61,688 bases of DNA from positions 1 to 61,688 of the IMG/VR virus record IMGVR_UViG_3300034104_001758. One strand, written 5' to 3'. Below, piece after piece: positions 18,653 through 27,919 of the stretch. A model generated the notes under the pieces. That model ran no database searches. It was not told the DNA's origin and saw only the letters and a list, made by a program, of their open reading frames with translations. Numbering within the stretch: the first letter of the stretch is position 1; the number at the start of each line of letters is the position of its first letter. The DNA is from a virus (Duplodnaviria > Caudoviricetes). Both the position numbers and the translations under genes were made by a program.

Positions 18653-18858
18653 TAAATACTAGAAAACAACAACACAATAAGGTAAGTTCTAACTAAACCC
18701 AAGGGAGAAAACATGAGTGAAGTATTAACAATCATCGCCGTTGCACTTTTTTTCGGTGGCTGTGGTTTCGTACTAGGCGCGACAGCAAACCACATGAGAG
18801 AAACACGCAAGCGCCAGACACCTATTTACGAAGTGCTGGACAAGAAGTACAAAGTGCA

Positions 18859-19095
18859 ATGAGTAATTACGCACCAATGTATGACGACCCAATTTTAGAA
18901 TTTGTCCGTATACGAATCTTGCAGGTTTACAAAAGCGAATTAACGGACGTTGACCCGTTGTTCATAATTCATCACACCCGTGAAGCAATTGCTATGCAGA
19001 TAAAAATGGAATGTGACCTTAATGCCAAATCAAAAGAAGCGTGGGATGCGTACCAGCGTTCGGCAAAAATCGCACAAGTCGGAGCGGTTAAATGA
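18859..19095 (+). CDS. hypothetical protein
   Basis: ORF in a coupled operon. Confidence 0.55.
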   Translation: MSNYAPMYDDPILEFVRIRILQVYKSELTDVDPLFIIHHTREAIAMQIKMECDLNAKSKEAWDAYQRSAKIAQVGAVK

Positions 19096-19406
19096 TTAAT
19101 TACCTGTATTTAGACACCGCTGATTATTCACGGGTTATGGGAATAGCATTAGAAAGTTATTTAGTAACCAAAATGGAAAGTGGGCACATTGAAGACTTGG
19201 CAATTAACAGCGCTGAGTTTTTTGAATCCTCTTATCACTGCGTAAGCGCTTTAAGTCAAGAGTTGCTTAAAAAAATAATGCCAATTTCAAAAACAATTAT
19301 AGAAATTGAAAAAATGCACGATTTATCAGATTTGGGTTCTGAGCGTAAAGATGTGCTAGAACAAGTGCTAAAAGTAATAGAAAGGAATTTAAATGGGGAT
19401 GCTTGA
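19092..19406 (+). CDS. hypothetical protein
   Basis: Overlapping start/stop with the upstream gene. Confidence 0.55.
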   Translation: MINYLYLDTADYSRVMGIALESYLVTKMESGHIEDLAINSAEFFESSYHCVSALSQELLKKIMPISKTIIEIEKMHDLSDLGSERKDVLEQVLKVIERNLNGDA

Positions 19407-19797
19407 AAAAACAGAATCAGGTGCAGACAAGATTATTGTTTTGCCAAAGACTTGGACATTTATTCATTTTGGTACTGCCAAAAAGTCTGAGTTTGCGCTC
19501 GCCGTAAAAGGCGTATACGAATGGAATGTAATCCTAAGAGTTGAATACCCAAAGGGTGCTACAGGAACAGTTCTTAGAGGTCGCTTAGAGCGCTATCCGA
19601 ATAAACCGAAGGCTGATGAAACTGGTCACGATGACAAAAACACATCTGGTTGGGCTGGTCAGACTTATCATTCACATTGGTCGCACTTTTTGACCTGCGA
19701 CAAGACAATGCCGATTGGTTTTAAAATCTGGCATAACGGAACCAAGCCAATTGTTGTTGATGGGCGACAAATCAAAGCAACAAAAGTTGGTGCCTAA
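19393..19797 (+). CDS. hypothetical beta-rich protein
   Basis: AAAGGA RBS; weak similarity to 13302-13769. Confidence 0.6.
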   Translation: MGMLEKTESGADKIIVLPKTWTFIHFGTAKKSEFALAVKGVYEWNVILRVEYPKGATGTVLRGRLERYPNKPKADETGHDDKNTSGWAGQTYHSHWSHFLTCDKTMPIGFKIWHNGTKPIVVDGRQIKATKVGA

Positions 19798-20150
19798 TGG
19801 ACAAAATTGTTTTTGAAAAGGCAGATGTAGGTTGTTTGCTTTCAAAAGAAGATGAAGGCAATAGTGGCTGGAACATTATTGGTCACATGATTGAGTTGGC
19901 TGTACGCGCTGGTTATCCGTGGGTACCGTCAGACAATTTAGCCATGCACGCCTTTTTTAAAGGACAAGAAAAGTTTCTAGACAGGTTTGGTGTTGAACAC
20001 AACGTACAGGAATGGGTTTTAGGAGTTGGCAACCTTGCTGACAGTGCCTTGGAATGGATAAACGATAATTCGGCACCTGAAGAAACAATCTTTCACTGGC
20101 ATGACGGAAACTTTTATCTTTCCGAAAAGGGAGAAGCCCCAAGTGCCTGA
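19797..20150 (+). CDS. hypothetical protein
   Basis: TAATG coupling; F.W.DG.FYL tail. Confidence 0.6.
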   Translation: MDKIVFEKADVGCLLSKEDEGNSGWNIIGHMIELAVRAGYPWVPSDNLAMHAFFKGQEKFLDRFGVEHNVQEWVLGVGNLADSALEWINDNSAPEETIFHWHDGNFYLSEKGEAPSA

Positions 20151-20316
20151 TGAACCAGAAAGCGACCCACTTAAAAGATTATTTGATTCCCCGTCTGGAA
20201 GTTTAGAAGAGGGAGCAGTAATTATGAATGAGTGGTTTAAGTCTTTGGTAGGCGCAGGGTTTACTAAAAAAGAAGCGTTGCGCTTTATGGCGTACATGAT
20301 GAAAGAGGAACAGTAA
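20143..20316 (+). CDS. hypothetical protein
   Basis: GTG after AAGGGAG; E.FKSLV.AGFT..EAL motif common in actinophages. Confidence 0.55.
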   Translation: MPDEPESDPLKRLFDSPSGSLEEGAVIMNEWFKSLVGAGFTKKEALRFMAYMMKEEQ

Positions 20317-20585
20317 TGGCTCCAGCAACTAAAAAAGGTTTTGTAAGAATTGTGCTTTTTGATGTAACAACGGACACAAACGAAAACCTAAATTATGACA
20401 GTGAGATTTTATCTCAAGTGCAATGTATGAAAATTCTAGACGAGTACAAAATTGCAAAGAATGAAGAAAAGATTTTTGATTTGTCGCTAAAAAGTGGGGC
20501 ACACATTTTCTTAGATTCAAAACAAATAAAAATGGCTTGGTTTATCCCAGAAAGTTTTTTAAACAATGATGAACATAAACATTGA
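20316..20585 (+). CDS. hypothetical protein
   Basis: GAGGA RBS, TAATG coupling. Confidence 0.55.
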   Translation: MAPATKKGFVRIVLFDVTTDTNENLNYDSEILSQVQCMKILDEYKIAKNEEKIFDLSLKSGAHIFLDSKQIKMAWFIPESFLNNDEHKH

Positions 20586-20986
20586 GCAAGAATCAGAAAT
20601 TTTAGTTCAGTGCTCGTGGTGTAGGCGCTTATCCTCGAACACAAGTGTTTGGGCTGGATGGAACATTCTTTGCCCAAGTTGCCTTAGAAGCGCAAGACAG
20701 GAGTGGACAGATGATGAATAACTTTATTGCTTTCGTAGTTATCGGAAGTTTATTAGCAGTTACTTTATGGATTAACCGTCACGATTGGTAAGGGAGTTTT
20801 AAATGGCTGGAACATTGTTCTGGGTTCAAATAGTTAGTCATCAAATTGTTTGCGTTCCGTGTGCTGGAAATACAAACATGATTGGTTGGATGGCGGTCAA
20901 TAAAGACATGAAGGCAAAGATGTATAAAAAAGATTATTTGCGTTGCTCAGTTTGTGGGGCCTACCGATGAAAATGAAAGTAAATGA

Positions 20987-21143
20987 CATGGCTAAAGCCA
21001 TCGAGCGCGTGCGTAAACTGCACTCTAAAAGTGAATTTGGAACCTGTGAATTTTGTATAGCGGGTTATTTAAAACCCTATCCGTATAACTATAAATACCC
21101 ATGCCCTACTATTCAGGCGCTAGAGGAAGAAAACCACCACTAA
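20987..21143 (+). CDS. small Cys/His protein (paralog-like of 4930-5133)
   Basis: IERVRKLH...CEFC...YPCPTIQAL; start uncertain. Confidence 0.5.
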
Positions 21144-21216
21144 ACGGGTGCACCTTTCCCACTATACATAGGTTAGCACAACCCCAGTTTAGACACAAAT
21201 CCCCCCGATTATGTAT

Positions 21217-21254
21217 CTCAACCAAGGTTGTGGTACGCTTTCCATAGAAGGGAA
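21217..21254 (+). promoter_or_regulatory. CTAAACC-like repeat promoter
   Basis: CTCAACCAAGGTTGTGGTACGCT...GAAGGGA. Confidence 0.65.
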
Positions 21255-21263
21255 GTGGTAAGC

Positions 21264-22241
21264 ATGGAAAACATCCGCGAGATAGCCGTAAAGACCGACA
21301 CAGAGTTGGCTGACCTTTATTGGAAGGCTTTCAAAGCCAAGGCAGAACTTAACGATTACGCTCAGGTAATTCATCGTATCTCTGGTAGTGAATACAAAAA
21401 GGGATACCGTTACGAGCGCATTTACATTCGCCCAATCGAAGAAGCGATTGAGTCTGGCGCTGAAAAAGAATGGGAACAAAATAGTTTCGAACAAGCAGTT
21501 GCTAAATTCAACAGCGCTAAAGCCCAATTGGAAAAGTACAGCATCGTGATTGACGAGTTGGAAAAGATTTACAAGAAGTACCTTTGGAACCGAGCCTTCT
21601 ACGTCCCTGCTGGTCACGTTCACAAAAGTCGGGATTGCTCAACCTGTTACGACAGCACTGAGTTCACTTGGTTGCCAAAATACTCAGGTGGTAGCGAAGA
21701 CGAAATTGTAAATGACGCTGGCGAAGAAGCGTGCACCGTATGTTACCCAAGCGCTCCTGCTGAAGTTCTTAACCGTCCATCGGTAATCGTAACCGCTGAC
21801 AAAATTGCTAAGGCTAAAGCCAAGGCAGAACGTGAGAGTGCAAAAGCCCAGCGCGAAGCAAAGCGGATTGCATCATCACCAACTGTTGATGGAGCGCCGT
21901 TGATTATCTCTAACGGTGAGCGCAAGACTCGGTACGACAGAGAATCTGGAAATTTCATCAAGTTGGAATCTTTCCAGCGGGAAGAATTAAAAACCGAGCG
22001 CACTGCAAAAATTTGGTACGTTGACCAATCGTCTTACTTGAAGAACAAGTCTGACGAGCAAGCAAAAATCATTCGGGAATCTTGCGAAATGATTGTCTCA
22101 GCACTTGCTGAAAAGCACGGGGTTGAACCAGAAGTTGTTCGCAACGAATTGAACAAGAAGGTTGAGACAAGATTCAAGAAAGAAGAAAAGGCTCGCAAGG
22201 AATGGGAAGCGCGACAGGCTCACTTCTTTGGTCAGAACTAA
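21264..22241 (+). CDS. conserved actinophage-type Zn-binding protein
   Basis: GHVHKSRDCSTC...CTVCYPSAP. Confidence 0.7.
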   Translation: MENIREIAVKTDTELADLYWKAFKAKAELNDYAQVIHRISGSEYKKGYRYERIYIRPIEEAIESGAEKEWEQNSFEQAVAKFNSAKAQLEKYSIVIDELEKIYKKYLWNRAFYVPAGHVHKSRDCSTCYDSTEFTWLPKYSGGSEDEIVNDAGEEACTVCYPSAPAEVLNRPSVIVTADKIAKAKAKAERESAKAQREAKRIASSPTVDGAPLIISNGERKTRYDRESGNFIKLESFQREELKTERTAKIWYVDQSSYLKNKSDEQAKIIRESCEMIVSALAEKHGVEPEVVRNELNKKVETRFKKEEKARKEWEARQAHFFGQN

Positions 22242-22274
22242 ACCAGAGTTGTGTTACTATCCAATAGAAGGGAG
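22238..22274 (+). promoter_or_regulatory. CTAAACC repeat promoter
   Basis: CTAAACCAGAGTTGTGTTACTAT...GAAGGGAG. Confidence 0.7.
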
Positions 22275-22280
22275 ATACCA

Positions 22281-22922
22281 ATGTCAGAAGTTAAAGAATT
22301 AATGGAGCGCTTGATTCAAGAGCGCAACGAAAAACTCCATCCTGACCTAGAGCCTTATCTGGAAGATGGAATTCTCGGTGCTCAGATTCGTCACCCGCTG
22401 GTCTACCAAGTTCCGCTGGTATCGAATGGAAATGCTAACGCTCAATACGCGCAAAAGAAACAGGGATTGGAAGATGCGCTGATTGCAGGTGCATACGGAA
22501 GATTCATTTTCTTGCACGAGCGCCCATACCGTTTAGAAGCGTTCAAACTAATCGCTGACAAATTGCCAGATGCAAAATACTGGTCATTGCTCAGTTCAAT
22601 TTGGACGGATACCGAAAACGGATGGCAGAACATCGAGCAGTGGAGAGAACTGTTTGGTTCGTCTCGTCCTAACCGAAATTTCTTGATGGACGAAGATGAG
22701 CAGTTTGCCTTTCAGAGGCTAGGCGACAAGTTCACGGTTTACCGAGGATGCCAAGAAGGTCTCAACGAGGACGGAATCTCGTGGACGCTCAAACGGGAAA
22801 AGGCTCAGTGGTTCGCCAATCGCTTTGAAAAGGCTGGCGTGGTACTGGAAAAGGTAATCACCAAACAGGACGCAGTTGCGCTGTTTATCGGGAGAAGTGA
22901 ATCAGAAGTGGTCGTTATTTGA
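22281..22922 (+). CDS. putative ADP-ribosyltransferase-fold early protein
   Basis: VYRG...ISWT...A.WFA...ESEVVV. Confidence 0.55.
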   Translation: MSEVKELMERLIQERNEKLHPDLEPYLEDGILGAQIRHPLVYQVPLVSNGNANAQYAQKKQGLEDALIAGAYGRFIFLHERPYRLEAFKLIADKLPDAKYWSLLSSIWTDTENGWQNIEQWRELFGSSRPNRNFLMDEDEQFAFQRLGDKFTVYRGCQEGLNEDGISWTLKREKAQWFANRFEKAGVVLEKVITKQDAVALFIGRSESEVVVI

Positions 22923-23043
22923 CCCTTTTAGAGCCACACAGAAGGCTCCAGAGAGGTTTTCCCTCCTTTCTGGTGCCTTTACCCCAGCCCCAAAATAAGG
23001 GGTCTCAAATTGGCTTAAAAATAGGTCGTGTTTTGGTGTTTAA

Positions 23044-23079
23044 CTAAACCGTGGTTGTGGTACGCTTCAAGTGAAGGGA
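23044..23079 (+). promoter_or_regulatory. CTAAACC repeat promoter
   Basis: CTAAACCGTGGTTGTGGTACGCT...GAAGGGA. Confidence 0.7.
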
Positions 23080-23089
23080 AGGGATGACA

Positions 23090-23230
23090 ATGATTGATTT
23101 CAAGGCTCTTAGTGCCGAAACTGTCGTATTGATACTTGCTCAAATTCACGAAGAGGTTTGCAAAAAACTTGATTGTGCTGAGTGCAATGTTTACCAAAAT
23201 GTAGGAATTAAAAACTGGTTGGAGCAATAA
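23090..23230 (+). CDS. small hypothetical protein (46 aa)
   Basis: Hand-translated MIDFKALSAETVVL...H...C...C..C. Confidence 0.55.
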   Translation: MIDFKALSAETVVLILAQIHEEVCKKLDCAECNVYQNVGIKNWLEQ

Positions 23231-23490
23231 TGAAAAACAATTACGCAATCATCGGTGACGATGTTCTTTTAAACAAGTTCTATGCACCAAATAGCCCAAT
23301 CGGGTTTGGGCGATTCGAATACCAAGTGGTGTTTGAAAATGATTTCGGTCATGTAGATGTCAAAAACATCTTTGTAAACAACATCGCTGATGCCAAGGGT
23401 ATCGCTTGGGAATTTGCGATTCGTTTGAAGAAGGGCAGTTGGAAAGTTCAATCTGTCAAGCGTGTGTCCAATAAAGAAAACAAGTGGTAA
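23230..23490 (+). CDS. hypothetical protein
   Basis: TAATG coupling. Confidence 0.6.
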   Translation: MKNNYAIIGDDVLLNKFYAPNSPIGFGRFEYQVVFENDFGHVDVKNIFVNNIADAKGIAWEFAIRLKKGSWKVQSVKRVSNKENKW

Positions 23491-23493
23491 TAA

Positions 23494-23534
23494 CTAAACC
23501 GTAGTTGTGCTACTATCAGAATGTCTGAAGGGAG
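23494..23534 (+). promoter_or_regulatory. CTAAACC repeat promoter
   Basis: CTAAACCGTAGTTGTGCTACTAT...GAAGGGAG. Confidence 0.7.
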
Positions 23535-23539
23535 ACAAA

Positions 23540-23944
23540 ATGAGTACAGCAGTAAAAGTTGATTATGCAAAAATCTGGGCTGAAGCCAAAGATGCAGGTT
23601 ACAAAGCAGTTGCCGACCTAGAAGCCAGTGCAGGTATCGTCCCAATAATTGTGGGAGAACCTACCACTCCGTTTGGTAGCGACATTGACTACAGCAAGCC
23701 GACTTACATCATCAATGATGGAGTTTGCGGATTCGCTCAAATTCGATTCGCTGGTAACACTGCGTTTGGTCGGTGGGCAAAAGCCAATGAGTTGGCTAGT
23801 AAGGATTCCTACTACGGCGGTCTATACGTCTGGGTTGGCGAATTCAATCAATCGTTCCAGCGTAAAGATGCTTACGCTCGTGCGTTTGCTCAATCATTAA
23901 AAGAAAACGGCATTGATGCCTACTCGACAAGCAGATTGGATTAA
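23540..23944 (+). CDS. conserved phage protein
   Basis: GVCGFA...QS..RK.AYA.AFA..L...GI......RLD. Confidence 0.7.
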   Translation: MSTAVKVDYAKIWAEAKDAGYKAVADLEASAGIVPIIVGEPTTPFGSDIDYSKPTYIINDGVCGFAQIRFAGNTAFGRWAKANELASKDSYYGGLYVWVGEFNQSFQRKDAYARAFAQSLKENGIDAYSTSRLD

Positions 23945-23948
23945 TCAA

Positions 23949-24254
23949 ATGGATGTTTCAGAATTCCTAGGACAGGAAACTGTCAACGCCGAAAAGGTTC
24001 GAGCGCTGGTTAAGTGGTCAATGAATTACGACATCAGGAAAGGAACGCCGTACCAAATCTTTCTAGACTTGATTGGCTACAGCGTAGAAAACTTTGGTGA
24101 AACAATTGTCAAAGACGTCACAAAGGTATCTATTGGTTACAAAGAACTTGGATTCCTTGGAGAAGCGCTAACGGAATACTCAGACAGTCCAAAAGATGTT
24201 ATGGATTGGATTGAAAAACTAGACGACTTAGAAGGGAGTCGAGATGAAGACTGA
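23949..24254 (+). CDS. hypothetical protein
   Basis: FLDLIGYS...IGYKELG.L..AL.EY; start taken at MDVSEF. Confidence 0.6.
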   Translation: MDVSEFLGQETVNAEKVRALVKWSMNYDIRKGTPYQIFLDLIGYSVENFGETIVKDVTKVSIGYKELGFLGEALTEYSDSPKDVMDWIEKLDDLEGSRDED

Positions 24255-24447
24255 AATAGAGCCACAGGTTTATCTGTTTAAAAACTGGTGGAAGGTTGCG
24301 TCCCACGGACATCCAAGTGGGGTGAACTTTTGGGTAGCAGAAAAAGTTGATGAGACTCTTTCATTCGACCATCCACTATCAAAGACGCGGATTTTTCGCG
24401 ACAAGGAAAGCGCAGTTCAATACGTTAAGGAGAGCATAAATGAATGA
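24244..24447 (+). CDS. hypothetical protein
   Basis: GAAGGGAG RBS. Confidence 0.6.
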   Translation: MKTEIEPQVYLFKNWWKVASHGHPSGVNFWVAEKVDETLSFDHPLSKTRIFRDKESAVQYVKESINE

Positions 24448-24572
24448 CTACGTTTCATTACCAATTGATTATGTTATTTCAACCATTAGTAAATGGCAGA
24501 GCAACGAAATTACAGCCGAAGATGCACTTGAGCAATTGTTAACCGCTCAAGACAAAATTAAGGAGGAACAGG

Positions 24573-24959
24573 ATGCAGATGAACATTAGCGAATTCCTAT
24601 CGCTACCTTATGCAGGAACATCAGGTTGGTCAGGTTCAGAAACTTCGCGTGAGCGGGCTGAGGATTTAGACAAGTCTGGAATCACTATCAAGCGCCAGCA
24701 GTTCGTACTTTCAGAATTGCTAATGAGCGGTAAATACGGAATGACTTGGCGTGAGTTAGACCAGTATTTTTCACATCATGGAGTTTCAACAGCCTTGCTT
24801 TCAGTGCTCCATAAAGCAGGAGCCGTTGAGCGCCTTTCTGAGCGCCGTAACCGTTGCTCGGTGTATGTGTTGCCAGAGTTCGTTTACGGGCGTGAGACGC
24901 AAGCACAGGGTCGTAAAAAGGTAGTAAAAGCGTGTAGCAACTGTGGACATGAGGAGTAG
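24573..24959 (+). CDS. winged-HTH-like actinophage protein
   Basis: PYAGTSGWSG..TS..RA...G.TW.EL....HHG.....LS.LH..G. Confidence 0.65.
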   Translation: MQMNISEFLSLPYAGTSGWSGSETSRERAEDLDKSGITIKRQQFVLSELLMSGKYGMTWRELDQYFSHHGVSTALLSVLHKAGAVERLSERRNRCSVYVLPEFVYGRETQAQGRKKVVKACSNCGHEE

Positions 24960-25226
24960 GAATGAGACTTACAAAGCGTGGCGAGAATCTATTGATGGTC
25001 GTGCAGTTAATTTTGTTTTTCCTAGCAATGGGAATTCTTGGTGGCATAGAAGTTGGAACAATTCCATTTCCTTGACCTGTGCGTGTCGCAAAAACTGTGG
25101 ATAGCGAATAACGTCTGCCCTGTAAAGGAATAACACAACAGGCTGAGTTCGTTATTCACAGTTAAAAAAATTATTATCCGACAAAGTTTTTTATCGTGAG
25201 AAAATTAATGTGAAAGCGAGGTTCCA

Positions 25227-25640
25227 ATGTCAATCAGAAAAACCTTAGCGATTACTACAATCGTTTTATTTTTTACATCCATTCCTACACAAGCAAGTCC
25301 AATGCCAACATCAGCAGTGCTGGTTAAACCAATTACAAAATCACAAATCATTGCACACGCTAGACAAGAAGTTTACAAATACGGCTGGAATACTAAACAG
25401 CATCAATGCCTAGTTGTTTTATGGAACAGAGAATCAGGCTGGAATCACAAAGCCGAAAATAAGTCTTCTGGGGCTTACGGAATTCCTCAAGCCTTACCAG
25501 CGTCCAAAATGAAATCGGCTGGGGCTGATTGGAAGACAAATCCGATAACTCAAATAAAATGGGGGCTAAAGTACATTAAGATACGTTACCAAACCCCTTG
25601 CGGAGCACTCTCCCATTCCAACAAAAAAGGCTGGTACTAA
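25227..25640 (+). CDS. secreted lytic transglycosylase (SLT-like)
   Basis: Signal peptide; RESGW...N.SSGAYGIPQALP..KM......NP.TQI.WGL.YI..RY. Confidence 0.85.
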   Translation: MSIRKTLAITTIVLFFTSIPTQASPMPTSAVLVKPITKSQIIAHARQEVYKYGWNTKQHQCLVVLWNRESGWNHKAENKSSGAYGIPQALPASKMKSAGADWKTNPITQIKWGLKYIKIRYQTPCGALSHSNKKGWY

Positions 25641-25775
25641 TGACATCTGACGAACGCTGGATTACTAGGTGCCCGCTATGTGGAAATCTATCGGATTTTA
25701 AAATTCTTTTAATTTCTGGGTGTGTTGTATGCCTGAAACTTAAGAAGGTGTCTGTTAAAAGATAAACTGTTCGCC

Positions 25776-26051
25776 ATGAGCGAGCAGGAATCTGAAGATA
25801 GAAAAACCATCAGGGCGCAGAACGAAAAGACGCCAGTTGACGCAATGCTCGGTCACATACAGACCAATATGTTTCCAGAGGGAGCAATCCCAACAGCGTG
25901 GGTATTGGTTAGCGAGTGGATTGACCTTAACGGTGAATACTACGCGCTAACACTTACCGATGATAAGGCTCCGCCTTGGCACCATGTTGGTTTGCTGGCA
26001 AAATCCCAAGTTGAGTTGGATGAATACTTGGCTGATGAGGATGACGATTAA
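25776..26051 (+). CDS. hypothetical protein
   Basis: WVLVSEW...PPW...GLL. Confidence 0.6.
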   Translation: MSEQESEDRKTIRAQNEKTPVDAMLGHIQTNMFPEGAIPTAWVLVSEWIDLNGEYYALTLTDDKAPPWHHVGLLAKSQVELDEYLADEDDD

Positions 26052-26054
26052 GTT

Positions 26055-26381
26055 TTGCATCCTTATCCAGATTTTGACGGTACACAGCCCTGCACACAAG
26101 TAGATTCAGAAGCATGGTTCCCAGAAGGTACGTTGCGATACGCCAACCGTGTTGCGATTCAGATTTGTGAATCTTGCCATTATCAAGAAGAATGTCGGGA
26201 CTATGCGTTAGCATACAGAGTAGACGGAATCTGGGGAGGTACGACAGTTCCACAAAGAAAAGTTCTTAGAAAAGAACGTGGGATTATCGCACTTCCAGTA
26301 GTTGCAATTTTTTCAACTACACCAGAAGCCATAAAAGCACGAGAGAGACGTGCAAAAAAAAGAGAAGAAGAATCCCACTAA
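26055..26381 (+). CDS. whiB: WhiB-family transcription factor
   Basis: C....WFP...IC..C.....C..YAL.....GIWGG.....R. Confidence 0.9.
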   Translation: MHPYPDFDGTQPCTQVDSEAWFPEGTLRYANRVAIQICESCHYQEECRDYALAYRVDGIWGGTTVPQRKVLRKERGIIALPVVAIFSTTPEAIKARERRAKKREEESH

Positions 26382-26396
26382 AAAGGAATAGATACA

Positions 26397-26831
26397 ATGA
26401 GCGCAAACATAACAGTAATAGGAAATCTAGCAAGCGACCCAGAACTTCGTTTTACAAAAGATGGTAAAGCAGTTTGTTCATTTACGGTCATTACATCAAC
26501 ATCAAAAAAGAATCTCGCTGGCGAATGGGAATCAACAGACGCAACCCCATGGCGCGTAACAGCGTGGGACAAAATTGGTGAGCACGCATCAGAATCTTTA
26601 ACCAAAGGTTCTCCAGTTATGGTTTACGGAAAAGCCGTATTGGAATCTTGGGAAAAAGAAGATGGCACCAAGGGAAGCACTATGAAAATCACTGCCTACA
26701 ATGTTGGCGTTGATTTGAAGCGCGACCCAGTTAAAATTCTTAAAGGTCAAGGCAAGCCTTCATCCCAATCTGTAGCCCCAGCAACAGACCCATGGATTGC
26801 CGAAGCCAAAGATGACATTCCTCCGTTCTAA
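26397..26831 (+). CDS. ssb: single-stranded DNA-binding protein
   Basis: ITVIGNL..DPELRFT..G; acidic DDIPPF tail. Confidence 0.92.
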   Translation: MSANITVIGNLASDPELRFTKDGKAVCSFTVITSTSKKNLAGEWESTDATPWRVTAWDKIGEHASESLTKGSPVMVYGKAVLESWEKEDGTKGSTMKITAYNVGVDLKRDPVKILKGQGKPSSQSVAPATDPWIAEAKDDIPPF

Positions 26832-27040
26832 TGATTACTAGGACTGCCCTAGCGGTGATGGTGATTATTGGTGTCGTTTATTGGCGCCAATACACCATCC
26901 CTGTTATTGGCTGGATTTCTTTCTTTTTGTGGTCAGTTGCTTGGCTGACTCTTGCCCTGAGACCTCGAATTCGCCAAAAATCCTTATACGAAAGCATTTA
27001 TCCCGAAGATTGGGAAGTCGAAAAAAGGTCTCCTAAATAG
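26831..27040 (+). CDS. small membrane protein
   Basis: Two hydrophobic segments. Confidence 0.5.
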   Translation: MITRTALAVMVIIGVVYWRQYTIPVIGWISFFLWSVAWLTLALRPRIRQKSLYESIYPEDWEVEKRSPK

Positions 27041-27046
27041 GTTTAT

Positions 27047-27095
27047 CTAAACCATAGTTGTGGTATCCTTTTTATAGAAGGGAAGGGTGGTCACA
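27047..27095 (+). promoter_or_regulatory. CTAAACC repeat promoter and leader
   Basis: CTAAACCATAGTTGTGGTATCCT...GAAGGGAAGGGTGGTCACA. Confidence 0.7.
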
Positions 27096-27245
27096 GTGGC
27101 TATTAAAATGCCAGTTCAGGAAACTGTAGTTTGTGTAAGTTGTGATTCGGTTCAAGAAGTTATGTGGTCAGAATACGGAGCAATTGCTCCGTGTATAGAT
27201 TGTGACGGAGCGCCAGTTTACTTGGTAAAGGCTTGTGACCTATGA
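27096..27245 (+). CDS. small zinc-ribbon protein (49 aa)
   Basis: Hand-translated MAIKMPVQETVVCVSC...CIDC. Confidence 0.6.
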   Translation: MAIKMPVQETVVCVSCDSVQEVMWSEYGAIAPCIDCDGAPVYLVKACDL

Positions 27246-27568
27246 AATGGTATTCAAGTCCTGAAAGCCGTCAGATGGACATTAATTCAGAAGCCGTAGG
27301 CGACCTTGGGATTGACGAAGGCTTTATTGCGTCAGGCAAGATTACTGCTAACGGTTTGAGACAAGCGGGCAGTTGGCTTGGAACTTACTGTGCAGAATTT
27401 CTTGACCAAGAAGAAAAGCAAGAAATGTTTGACGCATACGTCTGGTTGATGGAAGAAGCAGATAGGCGCGATTCCCGTAAAGCAACCAACGAAGCAAAAC
27501 GACAGTTTGCTCAAGAAAACGGAATTCCATTTAGTCAAGTTCGAGTATCTAAGAAAGTGGGAGTGTAA
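27242..27568 (+). CDS. hypothetical protein
   Basis: ATGA coupling. Confidence 0.6.
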   Translation: MKWYSSPESRQMDINSEAVGDLGIDEGFIASGKITANGLRQAGSWLGTYCAEFLDQEEKQEMFDAYVWLMEEADRRDSRKATNEAKRQFAQENGIPFSQVRVSKKVGV

Positions 27569-27753
27569 TGGAAAATCTAGTAGGAAAAATTATTTCTTAT
27601 GAATCTGGAGAATTATCAAACGATGAAATCTATGAGTTCTTTCAGGAACTTATAGATACTGGAATGGCTTGGAAGTTACAAGGTTCTTATGGTCGCGTTG
27701 CTCAGGGCTTAATTGAACTGGGAATCATAGAACCGAGCGTAAGCGTTGGATAA
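27568..27753 (+). CDS. conserved small phage protein
   Basis: YE.GEL......FQ.LIDTG.AW.LQG.YGR.A..LI..G. Confidence 0.7.
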   Translation: MENLVGKIISYESGELSNDEIYEFFQELIDTGMAWKLQGSYGRVAQGLIELGIIEPSVSVG

Positions 27754-27919
27754 TTTGGATAGCGCTCCCGTTGGAGTTCAATTTATTTTTGACAATGAAG
27801 ACGGTAGCCAAGTTCTTGTAACCGTTTGGGGCGAGACCGATGCTCGCATTGCTCTACGCCCTGAGCCGTTTAGCAGTTGGTCTCCTCCAGTATTTCCGAC
27901 CAAGGTTGAAAAGATTTAA

